A DNA stretch of 32,000 bases from Candidatus Saccharimonadota bacterium. GTDB lineage: Bacteria; Patescibacteriota; Microgenomatia; UBA1406; GWC2-37-13. Below, one piece after another: positions 10,646-18,426 of the stretch; the stretch's first letter is position 1; every line of letters starts with the position of its first letter. The notes below the pieces were generated by a model. It did no database searches. It saw nothing but the letters and a program-made list of their open reading frames with translations, and was not told the origin of the DNA. The stretch is taken from positions 510,001 to 542,000 of the forward strand of contig MGBH01000001.1 of the NCBI GenBank assembly GCA_001790095.1. The letters are read 5' to 3'. The position numbers and the translations under genes were made by a program.

Positions 10646-11158
10646 ATGACTGCTCAATATGAACAAGTCCGAGGATCATTTGCAAGACGAGAAGTCCTTC
10701 CTTTAATTAGTGCTCCAATACTATTAAAAAATGGAGAAACTCTTCTGGATGTTAGCCCATATGGATTTAAAACAAAGAAAACAAACATAGCAGCAGGATC
10801 TACTTTAGAATTAATGTATCTAGATAAATATAAAAAAGCCGGAAGAGTTGATGTTGAACAAATTAATGGTTTAAACATTGTAGTTGAAAACGGAATTCTA
10901 TATATATTAACTACTTATTATCGGCCAAAAGATAACATGCTAGAACCTTCCCAAAGAAAATTAAGAGTAAAAAGTGTCAAATACGGGATCCAAGAGAATC
11001 ATCAAAAGGTCGGAGAAAAACCTGATTTTTATATTGTAGCTGATGATATGCAATATGTTGAGAAACAACAACCTGCTGAAAGAAATTTTCCGTTTTGGAG
11101 ACTTGGTATTTATGGAAGAGCCGATGAAGTAAAAAATGTATTTCAACCTTCTTCTTAA
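10646..11158 (+). CDS. Hypothetical protein (orphan, about 170 aa) immediately downstream of the 16S
   Basis: An open frame with the first ATG at 10646; the track's start at 10640 is a TTG. I recognise no motif, signal peptide or TM segment. Composition and codon usage look like neighbouring genes. It may not be expressed. Confidence 0.45.
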   Translation: MTAQYEQVRGSFARREVLPLISAPILLKNGETLLDVSPYGFKTKKTNIAAGSTLELMYLDKYKKAGRVDVEQINGLNIVVENGILYILTTYYRPKDNMLEPSQRKLRVKSVKYGIQENHQKVGEKPDFYIVADDMQYVEKQQPAERNFPFWRLGIYGRADEVKNVFQPSS

Positions 11159-11180
11159 AACTAATGTTTACATCTTTAAC

Positions 11181-11873
11181 TCATCCACAATTGTTTTTTA
11201 AATAATAAAAAGTGCTATAGCTTACTATTATTAAGTAGTTTCCTGCATAAAGTTGCACCAAGCTTATTAAAATGCTTGGCATACGTATTACGTTCAATAG
11301 ATGTCCTAAAAGATAAGATATACCTCCAATGACGATAAATAAAAATAATAGCCTAAGTTCGTTCCCTTTTGTCATTCTTTTACTTTCTGAAAAGGCTTCT
11401 TTAATGCTTAATCCATCGATCAAGGTAAGATAATATACCTGGCTGTACTGAAGTAAAAGGATAATTCCGGGAATGATAAAAAAAATAAATCCAACCACTA
11501 CTAAAGAGCCGTAAACCAGAAGGGAAATTATCACGGGTCCAGTTTTCTGTAATGAATATTTAAAGATTTGACCCACTGGAACAGCCTGATTAACCCGTCC
11601 ACTTTCAAGAAGAAGTATATAAATATTCATAAGATAGTGCTCAAGAATATATGTCAGAAGTCCAAATAAAAGAGTAATTAAAGCCCAAAAAAGCAAGATT
11701 CCGCTTATTCCTTTTGTCAGTTGTGAAATAAAAAACAAAGACGAAGATATGCCTAACAAGTAAAGTGCTGCAATAATAACCGCACTCGAAAAAGGATAGA
11801 GAATTATTACAAACAAATTGTCTTTAACAATTTTAAAAGAATATTGAAGAATAGATTCAAAATTCAGCTTCAT
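11181..11873 (-). CDS. Integral membrane protein of unknown function
   Basis: A 230-aa protein with several long hydrophobic helices (for example IILYPFSSAVIIAALYLLGISSSLFFI and VVVGFIFFIIPGIILLL). It is the last gene of the minus-strand string 13203->11181. Confidence 0.55.
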   Translation of the reverse strand: MKLNFESILQYSFKIVKDNLFVIILYPFSSAVIIAALYLLGISSSLFFISQLTKGISGILLFWALITLLFGLLTYILEHYLMNIYILLLESGRVNQAVPVGQIFKYSLQKTGPVIISLLVYGSLVVVGFIFFIIPGIILLLQYSQVYYLTLIDGLSIKEAFSESKRMTKGNELRLLFLFIVIGGISYLLGHLLNVIRMPSILISLVQLYAGNYLIIVSYSTFYYLKNNCG

Positions 11874-11895
11874 GTCGGAGGAGTAAATTCAGGTT

Positions 11896-12780
11896 TTATA
11901 TTTTTAACCCCTTCAAAAATTTTTTAAAATCACCATTTAACTCTGTGTGTTGCAGGGCAAACTCAACCACTGTCTTTAGGTATTCAAATTTATTGCCCGT
12001 GTCATAATACTTTCCATCCTTAATAACCACAGTATAAACCGGTATACCTTCTTTTTTCAAGAAGTTGATGGCGTCCACCAACCATATCTCACCGCCTTTT
12101 CCAGGCTTAATACTCTTGAGAGCTCGAAAGATATCGGGAGGAAGTATATATCCTCCATGGGTTGCAATGTTGGACGGAGCCTCATCAGGATCTGGTTTTT
12201 CAACGATCCGCTTAATCTGATGGACATTGCCTTCAACATGTTCTAGTTCAGCTATACCATATCTTTTCAAGTCTTCTTTTTTTTCTATCTTTACTCCGGA
12301 AATTACAATTCCTCCATATTTTTCGTACACTTGAATCATCTGTTTTAATCGTGGTGGAGTTGAGTATATAAACTCATCTCCCCATAATACTGCAAACGGT
12401 TCATCTTCAACCACTGGCTCAACAGCAAGAACGGGAGTCCCGTTACCGTAAGGACCTTTTTGCCTTATATAGATAAAATTTGCCATATCTGCAATTTTTT
12501 TTATTTCTCGTAAAATGTGTTCTTTGTTGCCCGACATCAAATTTTTTACAAGGTCTTCATTTGGCACATCAAAATGATCTTCGATAGCACGTTTGTTTGC
12601 TCCAGTAACAATAATGATGTTTTCTACCCCCGAATGCACTGCCTCCTCCACTACGTACTGAATAACTGGTTTATCAACGATAGGTAGCATTTCTTTTGGC
12701 ATCGCCTTTGTCTGAGGAAGAAATCTTGTACCAAATCCTGCGGCAGGAATAACAACTTTTGTGATTTTTTTTGCTTTCAT
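11896..12780 (-). CDS. galU: UTP--glucose-1-phosphate uridylyltransferase
   Basis: KVVIPAAGFGTRFLPQTKAMPKEMLPIVDKPVIQYVVEEA is the canonical GalU N-terminus, followed by VLWGDEF and YDTG...; length 294 aa. Confidence 0.9.
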   Translation of the reverse strand: MKAKKITKVVIPAAGFGTRFLPQTKAMPKEMLPIVDKPVIQYVVEEAVHSGVENIIIVTGANKRAIEDHFDVPNEDLVKNLMSGNKEHILREIKKIADMANFIYIRQKGPYGNGTPVLAVEPVVEDEPFAVLWGDEFIYSTPPRLKQMIQVYEKYGGIVISGVKIEKKEDLKRYGIAELEHVEGNVHQIKRIVEKPDPDEAPSNIATHGGYILPPDIFRALKSIKPGKGGEIWLVDAINFLKKEGIPVYTVVIKDGKYYDTGNKFEYLKTVVEFALQHTELNGDFKKFLKGLKI

Positions 12781-12789
12781 AATGGGAGT

Positions 12790-13203
12790 TTATTCAAACT
12801 TAACTGATAATTTTTGATTCAGCTTTAATGAGCCTCCAATCATAACTTCGATTTCAGCTACACCCTTGGAGGAGGAAGATAGATGAAACGTGGCTTTCCC
12901 TTGATCGTCTGTAGAAGCTTCATTTTCTTTAATAGAACCAACGGTTGACGCAAGAGTAACTTTCTGTTCTTTTACAGGTATACCCTTATCGCTTCGTACA
13001 AACACATTTATTGTACTTTCAGTTATGCCGTCAGCCTTTACAGTAAGGGGATACGCAAATATAAGTGAGTTGGCGGATGAAGGAAGAAAGTCTTCTTTCG
13101 CACGCGTAAATTTTGCGATGGGCTTGTTAAAAAAAACGACTGTTACAAAGAGAGTAAACGATAAGAAAAAAACGACAAGCAAGGTCCCTAGGGTCTTATC
13201 CAT
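12790..13203 (-). CDS. Membrane-anchored protein with a bacterial Ig-like (Big_1/invasin-like) domain
   Basis: N-terminal TM anchor LGTLLVVFFLSFTLFVTVVFF, then VKADGITESTINVFVRSDKGIPVKEQKVTL...TDDQGKATFHLSSSSKGVAEIEV, an Ig-like beta-sandwich pattern. Confidence 0.55.
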   Translation of the reverse strand: MDKTLGTLLVVFFLSFTLFVTVVFFNKPIAKFTRAKEDFLPSSANSLIFAYPLTVKADGITESTINVFVRSDKGIPVKEQKVTLASTVGSIKENEASTDDQGKATFHLSSSSKGVAEIEVMIGGSLKLNQKLSVKFE

Positions 13204-13284
13204 ATGTATTATATTATAACATTTTCGTTCAAAAACAAGGCATGTATTGCAAATCTATACCTGTTAGGATACTATAATACTATT

Positions 13285-14511
13285 ATGCTCTATTTCTCCG
13301 AATTGGAAGGAAAAAAAGTGTACACAGAAGACATGATTGAGGTTGGCAAACTTGAAGATATTATCTTTGTTGTATCTGCAAATCCCAAAGTAACGAAACT
13401 GGTGATCCGCAGCATCACCAACGACAAGATCCTGCTTCCGTTTGAGTTTGTGGTAAAAATGAATGATTATGTCAGTATAAAGAAAGCCTATTTGTCTGGC
13501 GAACTTCTTGAAAACGAACTTTTTATAAAAAAAAACCTACTTGACAAACAAATCATTGATATTGGAGGTAATAAAATAGTCCGTGTGAACGATGTGTCTC
13601 TCCAAGAAAAAATCACACCAGAGATGTATGAAGTATACATATCCGGTGTCGATATCGGCGCTCTAGGTATTTTGCGCAGGCTCGGTGTTGAATCGCTTGT
13701 ATACTCACTTCTCCACATGTTTAAACTGAATTTATCTTCAGATTTTCTTTCTTGGGGAGACGTCCAACCCCTTGAGCTTTCTCGCGGTAAAGTAAAACTT
13801 AAAAAAAGAGATGAAAAACTTCAAAATATGAGACCCGAAGACCTTGCTGATTATCTTGAGAAAACGAATGAAAAAAACGTACGCAAGTTTCTTCAAATTC
13901 TTGACAAGAAGTTTGCATCAGAAGTAATTGAAAATCTTAATATTAATTACCAACGAGATTTATTTTTGCATTGGGAAGCTGAAAAATCAGCACACATACT
14001 TGAAACAATCCATTGTGAAGAGGCTGTAGATATCTTGCTTGCAATCACTAAAAAAAAACGAGAAGAAATATTTACGTATTTAAGTGACGATAAAAAACAA
14101 GAGTTTCAACAACTCATGCATCTTTCTAAAAATCCAATTGGGAAAATTATTACATCCGAATTCCTCACTGTTTTGCCAAGCGACACTGTTAAAGACATTA
14201 TATTAAAGATAAGAAAAGAAACTGCCGATTATTCCTTTTTTGCCTGTGTTTACGTTTTAAATGCTAAAGAACAGTTGGTGGGCGTATTTAATCCCCATGA
14301 TTTACTTATGCAAAATCAAGACACACCTGCATATAAATTTATGGTTCAAAACCTTATTGAAATAAGGATTACAACCCCAATTGAAATCGCAATACGTAAA
14401 ATGTTACGATACCATCTTCCTGCCCTCCCTGTAGTCGATAATAATAAGCGTATTTTAGGCATCCTTACTTTTGACCAGGTGGTAGAGGTTATTAAAAAGA
14501 AATTTAATTAA
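13285..14511 (+). CDS. PRC-barrel + MgtE_N + CBS-pair protein (MgtE cytosolic sensor module without the pore domain)
   Basis: The start is moved to the ATG at 13285 (MLYFSELEGKKVY...). The 27 upstream codons of the track ORF overlap promoter-like AT-rich sequence. MgtE_N-like RPEDLADYLEKTNEKNVRKFLQILDKKFASEVIENL...EEAVDILL...REEIFTYL is followed by two CBS motifs ending ALPVVDNNKRILGILTFDQVVEVI. The protein stops where MgtE would enter the membrane. Confidence 0.8.
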   Translation: MLYFSELEGKKVYTEDMIEVGKLEDIIFVVSANPKVTKLVIRSITNDKILLPFEFVVKMNDYVSIKKAYLSGELLENELFIKKNLLDKQIIDIGGNKIVRVNDVSLQEKITPEMYEVYISGVDIGALGILRRLGVESLVYSLLHMFKLNLSSDFLSWGDVQPLELSRGKVKLKKRDEKLQNMRPEDLADYLEKTNEKNVRKFLQILDKKFASEVIENLNINYQRDLFLHWEAEKSAHILETIHCEEAVDILLAITKKKREEIFTYLSDDKKQEFQQLMHLSKNPIGKIITSEFLTVLPSDTVKDIILKIRKETADYSFFACVYVLNAKEQLVGVFNPHDLLMQNQDTPAYKFMVQNLIEIRITTPIEIAIRKMLRYHLPALPVVDNNKRILGILTFDQVVEVIKKKFN

Positions 14512-14513
14512 TT

Positions 14514-15797
14514 ATGTTTGAAACTATAAAACAAAATGTGGTCTATTACACTAGACGTTTCAGAGTAAGTTTTCTCATATTCTTAAGTGTGTTTGGACCT
14601 GCTACGATAACTGCAATGGCTGATAATGACGCTGCGGGTGTAGCCACTTATTCAATAGCTGGTGCAAAACTTGGATACCCGATATTATTTGCGCTTGTTC
14701 TTATTACTATTTTATTAGCCATAACCCAGGAGATGGGCATGCGGCTTTCGCTTGTAACTCGAAAAGGATTGGGAGACTCTATACGAGAATATTATGGAAT
14801 ACGTGTATCTGTGTTTGTGTTTCTACTTCTTTTTATTGCAAATATGGGTACGATTGTCGTCAACCTTGCCTCTATCAAAACAGTTGGCCAATTACTTCAT
14901 CTTCCAATAGCACCAATGATTATATTGGTTGTATTTGCTGTATTTTTGTTTGTCACCAAGGGAAACTATAAATCCACTCAAAACATAATGCTTGTTTCCA
15001 GTTTTTTTTATTTGGCATACATCTTTTCAGCCTTTAAGGCACAGCCAAACTGGGGACATGCATTATCCAACCTTATTGTTCCCAACGGTGTTAATTTTAC
15101 TCCAACATATATGAAGGACTACGTTCTTATTGGTATGGGTGTACTTGGCACCACCATTACTCCCTGGGGACAGTTTTTTATCAGTAGCTTTGCGTTTGAC
15201 AAAAAAATAGACATACGCAAACTCAGATTTTCACAGCTTGAGACATACGCCGGTGCGTTTCTTACTGATTTTTTCTCTTTTTTTATGATTGTTGCAACTG
15301 CTGCAACTCTTTTTGTCCATCGTATTCCTCTTGTCTCAGGTGAACAAGCCGCCCTAGCTATTAAACCATTCGCCGGAGAACTCGCTAGTTTTCTCTTTGC
15401 CTTTGGTATTCTTAATGCTGGATTTATGGGCATTATCGTCGTATCTCTAACCACTTCATACGCTTTTTCAGAATTTTTTGGTGTAACGGGAAGTCTTGAT
15501 GCTTCCTTTCGAAAAGGATACACGTTTTATCTCATATTTCTCATTCAGCTCATCATTGCAGGTATTGTGGTTATGATTCCTTCTATCTCTCTTTTTCAAG
15601 TCGCTATAGCAGCACAGACCATAAATGCCATGTTGCTCCCGGTTATTTTTTACTTTCTCATAAAAATTACCAGCAATCCAAGCCTCATGGGAACTTATAT
15701 CAACAAACCGCTGCAAAAAAATGTTGCAATCACTGCGTCAGTTATGATCGTCTTTGCATCTATATTTACGGTCATAATAACTTTATTAAAAATTTAA
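14514..15797 (+). CDS. NRAMP/SLC11-family divalent cation transporter with a non-canonical metal site (NRMT-like)
   Basis: FGPATITAMADNDAAGVATYSIAGAKLGY aligns to the Nramp TM1 region (GP....DPGN....AG..GY). GVLGTTITPWGQFFISS aligns to the TM6 region (GA.vMPH.l.LHS). The protein is polytopic and 427 aa long. Its start lies 2 nt after the preceding stop. Confidence 0.8.
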   Translation: MFETIKQNVVYYTRRFRVSFLIFLSVFGPATITAMADNDAAGVATYSIAGAKLGYPILFALVLITILLAITQEMGMRLSLVTRKGLGDSIREYYGIRVSVFVFLLLFIANMGTIVVNLASIKTVGQLLHLPIAPMIILVVFAVFLFVTKGNYKSTQNIMLVSSFFYLAYIFSAFKAQPNWGHALSNLIVPNGVNFTPTYMKDYVLIGMGVLGTTITPWGQFFISSFAFDKKIDIRKLRFSQLETYAGAFLTDFFSFFMIVATAATLFVHRIPLVSGEQAALAIKPFAGELASFLFAFGILNAGFMGIIVVSLTTSYAFSEFFGVTGSLDASFRKGYTFYLIFLIQLIIAGIVVMIPSISLFQVAIAAQTINAMLLPVIFYFLIKITSNPSLMGTYINKPLQKNVAITASVMIVFASIFTVIITLLKI

Positions 15798-15803
15798 AAA
15801 AAT

Positions 15804-16625
15804 ATGAAAAAACTTATCGTTATTGCCGATTGGGCAGGGGACTCTTTAACAAAACAAGAATTTTTATCAGCAGCAAACGGTTTTTTAAAAGACTCTCTAA
15901 ATACACATATATCTTTTGTTTCTTCAACTCCATCTACCATCCATACCGCATTCCTTATGAGTCAGGTGATATCCACCGAGGAAAGATGTGGAGATCCTAT
16001 GCAAACAATTGTTTTTCAAAATACCGATCCTCGTATCCAAACAAATGAATCAGTAGATGCTGCAAAGGGTGCAGAGTTCATCATCATCAAACTGCAGTCA
16101 GGCATATATGTATGTGGACCAAATGCTGGATATGATTTTTCAATGATCAGAAATAAAATTGATGAAATATTTCGTTATCCTGGTTTTGATAAAGGAAGCC
16201 AGTTTCGTTCTCGCGATCTTTATGCTAGAGTGTGTGCACATCTCATGGATGAAATGGAAGATGAGCTTGAACTTGAAGAAATCCCATCAAACATCATATC
16301 CGGTTTACAAGATCATTATGTGGCTCACATAGATAACTATGGCAATATTAAAACGACCATTACTCATGAGGACCTGAAAGGTAAGCATGAGATGGGTGAG
16401 ATGATAGAGATTAAAATAAACGGTGAAAAACAACGAGCAAAACTTGTTTCAAATTTGTTTGGGGGAACGCCTGGTGAACTAGTCATTTATCCCGGTTCAT
16501 CCGGCCAAAAAGATAATCCTTATATGGAAATATCAGTATGGCGGCATTTTACAGAAAAGAATCCAGCAACCGGTATTCATGCATTTAATCATCCCCGCCC
16601 GGGACAAAAGATTGAATTTAAATAG
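15804..16625 (+). CDS. SAM hydroxide adenosyltransferase family (DUF62-like) protein, divergent
   Basis: Family-like blocks are KLIVIADWAGDS (compare LLTDFG..D), VFQNTDPRIQ (compare VVDPGVG), YVCGPNAGY (compare PDNG), HYVAHIDNYGNIKTTI (compare iD.FGN..TNi) and GGTPGELVIYPGSSG..YMEISV. Several canonical residues are substituted. Confidence 0.55.
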   Translation: MKKLIVIADWAGDSLTKQEFLSAANGFLKDSLNTHISFVSSTPSTIHTAFLMSQVISTEERCGDPMQTIVFQNTDPRIQTNESVDAAKGAEFIIIKLQSGIYVCGPNAGYDFSMIRNKIDEIFRYPGFDKGSQFRSRDLYARVCAHLMDEMEDELELEEIPSNIISGLQDHYVAHIDNYGNIKTTITHEDLKGKHEMGEMIEIKINGEKQRAKLVSNLFGGTPGELVIYPGSSGQKDNPYMEISVWRHFTEKNPATGIHAFNHPRPGQKIEFK

Positions 16626-17439
16626 AGAATATCTTGTAGGGTACTTTATGTTTGAAAGCATTATCTATTAGCCGTTCAATAATTTTTTTTGTCTGTGTGT
16701 ATCCTTTTTTTTCAATGTCTTTAAGAGGTATTTTTTTATCAACATACAACGACAATACCTCATCAGCTTCTTTGTAAGTAAAACCAAAATCTCTTTCATC
16801 AGTCTGACCCTTCCACAGATTAGCTGTTGGTTGGCGATCTATTATTCTTTTGGGTATTTTTAAATACCTCGCCAATTGATAAACCTGTGTTTTATATAAA
16901 TGTTGAATCGGCTCTATATCTGACGCTTCATCACCATACCGTGTAAAATATCCTAACAAGTACTCTGACCTGTTTTCTGTACCGCATACCAAACCGTTTA
17001 TTCTTTTTGCATAATCAAAAAGCACGATCATTCGTATTCTTGCCATAATGTTGCCCAAACGAACTTGTTCAAGATTTGTTTGTTTGTCGTTGTGACTATC
17101 AATACTTTTTATTGTTCTCCATACATCATCAACACCGTTCCGTATTGATATCTCATGGGTATTTTGTGACGGGATAGATATGTTTAAATCGGAAAGTTCA
17201 TCTATGTATGTGGTTGAGTGGGGAAGATGTAAAACGTGTATATTTTTTTCCGGTATAGCTTTTGACAGCAAATATAAAGAGACTGTGGAATCAATTCCTC
17301 CTGACCAACCAATTACTACGTGTTTTAAACCCGTCTTCTTAAGTGTTTTACGGAGAAATAAAATTATTCTTGCGGTTTCATTCTCTGCGTTCATGTTCAA
17401 GAGATTTGAGATTTGATTTGTAAATTTGATATTTGACAT
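16618..17439 (-). CDS. nadE: NH3-dependent NAD+ synthetase
   Basis: PP-loop VVIGWSGGIDSTVSL, plus GTENRSEYLLGYFTRYGD and PTANLW..QTDE...; length 273 aa. The 3' end overlaps the convergent DUF62-like gene by 8 nt. Confidence 0.9.
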   Translation of the reverse strand: MSNIKFTNQISNLLNMNAENETARIILFLRKTLKKTGLKHVVIGWSGGIDSTVSLYLLSKAIPEKNIHVLHLPHSTTYIDELSDLNISIPSQNTHEISIRNGVDDVWRTIKSIDSHNDKQTNLEQVRLGNIMARIRMIVLFDYAKRINGLVCGTENRSEYLLGYFTRYGDEASDIEPIQHLYKTQVYQLARYLKIPKRIIDRQPTANLWKGQTDERDFGFTYKEADEVLSLYVDKKIPLKDIEKKGYTQTKKIIERLIDNAFKHKVPYKIFSI

Positions 17440-17445
17440 TCGAGA

Positions 17446-18057
17446 TTACTTATAAAGATTATGATCGAAAATATATTTTTCAATCTCAGGCAACACCATG
17501 GAACGAATTGACAAATTGTGTCTTACTCGTTTACGGATATGAGTAGATGCAATATTACTCACTATCACATCTCCTTTGATAATTGAAATATTTGAAGATA
17601 TCAAATCAATACCAAATGACAGCTTAACTCTCTCCTCAAGTGTCTGAAGATCCGTGTCTCGTGGAAAAACAATTAGATTATAATCGTGTACAAGAGAGTT
17701 CCACTCATTCCACAATCTAAAAGTAGGTAGTGTATCGGAACCGATTATGAAGGAAAAAGTGTCGTTGGGATACTGTTTTTTTAATAACCTCATGGTGTCA
17801 ATTGTTCGACTTTTTTTGTTGTGATCAAACTCAAAACGTGATATACGTAAACCCTGACCAGACAACAAAGAAACCATGTCTGCTCTCATATGGGGACTTG
17901 TTATATGAGAAAATTTTACTGGAAATTCCGGAAAATAGGAATAACACGGCATAAGCCAAACTTCATCCATTGAAAGTAGTTCTTTAACCTGTGAAGCTAC
18001 AAATAAATGACCTATGTGGGGAGGATCAAATGCACCTCCAAGTATAGCTATGTTCAT
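17446..18057 (-). CDS. nadD: Nicotinate-nucleotide adenylyltransferase
   Basis: IAILGGAFDPPHIGHL (the (T/H)xGH nucleotidyltransferase motif), ...IIGSDTL..F..W, and a C-terminal ISSTHIRK-type motif (NIASTHIRKRV). Confidence 0.9.
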   Translation of the reverse strand: MNIAILGGAFDPPHIGHLFVASQVKELLSMDEVWLMPCYSYFPEFPVKFSHITSPHMRADMVSLLSGQGLRISRFEFDHNKKSRTIDTMRLLKKQYPNDTFSFIIGSDTLPTFRLWNEWNSLVHDYNLIVFPRDTDLQTLEERVKLSFGIDLISSNISIIKGDVIVSNIASTHIRKRVRHNLSIRSMVLPEIEKYIFDHNLYK

Positions 18058-18126
18058 AATTGTCGTCTGGATACTATTTTAGCATACTTATATTTTGATA
18101 ATTCTTTGAATCCAATATGGTTGCTC

Positions 18127-18155
18127 TTGACAAAAAAATTTAATATGTATACAAT
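18127..18155 (+). promoter_or_regulatory. Near-consensus sigma70 promoter (TTGACA-17 nt-TACAAT) about 270 nt upstream of rpsB
   Basis: TTGACA at 18127-18132, a 17-nt spacer, TACAAT at 18150-18155. No annotated gene starts nearby. It may drive a long rpsB leader, an sRNA, or the small ORF at 18187-18330. Confidence 0.5.
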
Positions 18156-18389
18156 ATGTATAAATAATGATTTGGCTTGTCTATACATGACAAACAAACA
18201 ACGCAAAAAACTACAAAGTGATCTGCGCCATATACGAAGGCTGGGCCTCCCAGCTGACAATTCATTTTTATCTTACTTACACATATCTTCTAATAAGAAT
18301 AAGGGCTTGACAAATAAATCCAGATCTTAATAGTTTAACTTCTTTTTATTTAAAGATAGATGCTTTAGTAATACTAAGACCTTTTCTCC

Positions 18390-18418
18390 TTGCAAATAAG
18401 AGCCTTCATTGTTACAAT
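18390..18418 (+). promoter_or_regulatory. Sigma70-like promoter abutting the rpsB start (TTGCAA-17 nt-TACAAT)
   Basis: TTGCAA at 18390-18395, a 17-nt spacer, TACAAT at 18413-18418, then 8 nt (aaaagctt) to the ATG at 18427 with no SD. Confidence 0.5.
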
Positions 18419-18426
18419 AAAAGCTT

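Noticed and set aside
13204-13284. The 27-codon N-terminal extension of the MgtE_N-CBS ORF (track start 13204)
   Set aside because: The extension (MYYIITFSFKNKACIANLYLLGYYNTI) is AT-rich promoter-like sequence containing TATAAT at 13273-13278. It would start directly at the divergent gene's start codon. The PRC-barrel-like domain begins at the ATG at 13285.
18007-18330. The long track ORFs 18007-18330 (+, 107 aa) and 18054-18260 (-, 68 aa) as genes
   Set aside because: Both begin inside or abutting nadD and run through promoter-like sequence. Only the 3' 48-codon portion (ATG 18187) is kept as a low-confidence small-ORF candidate.
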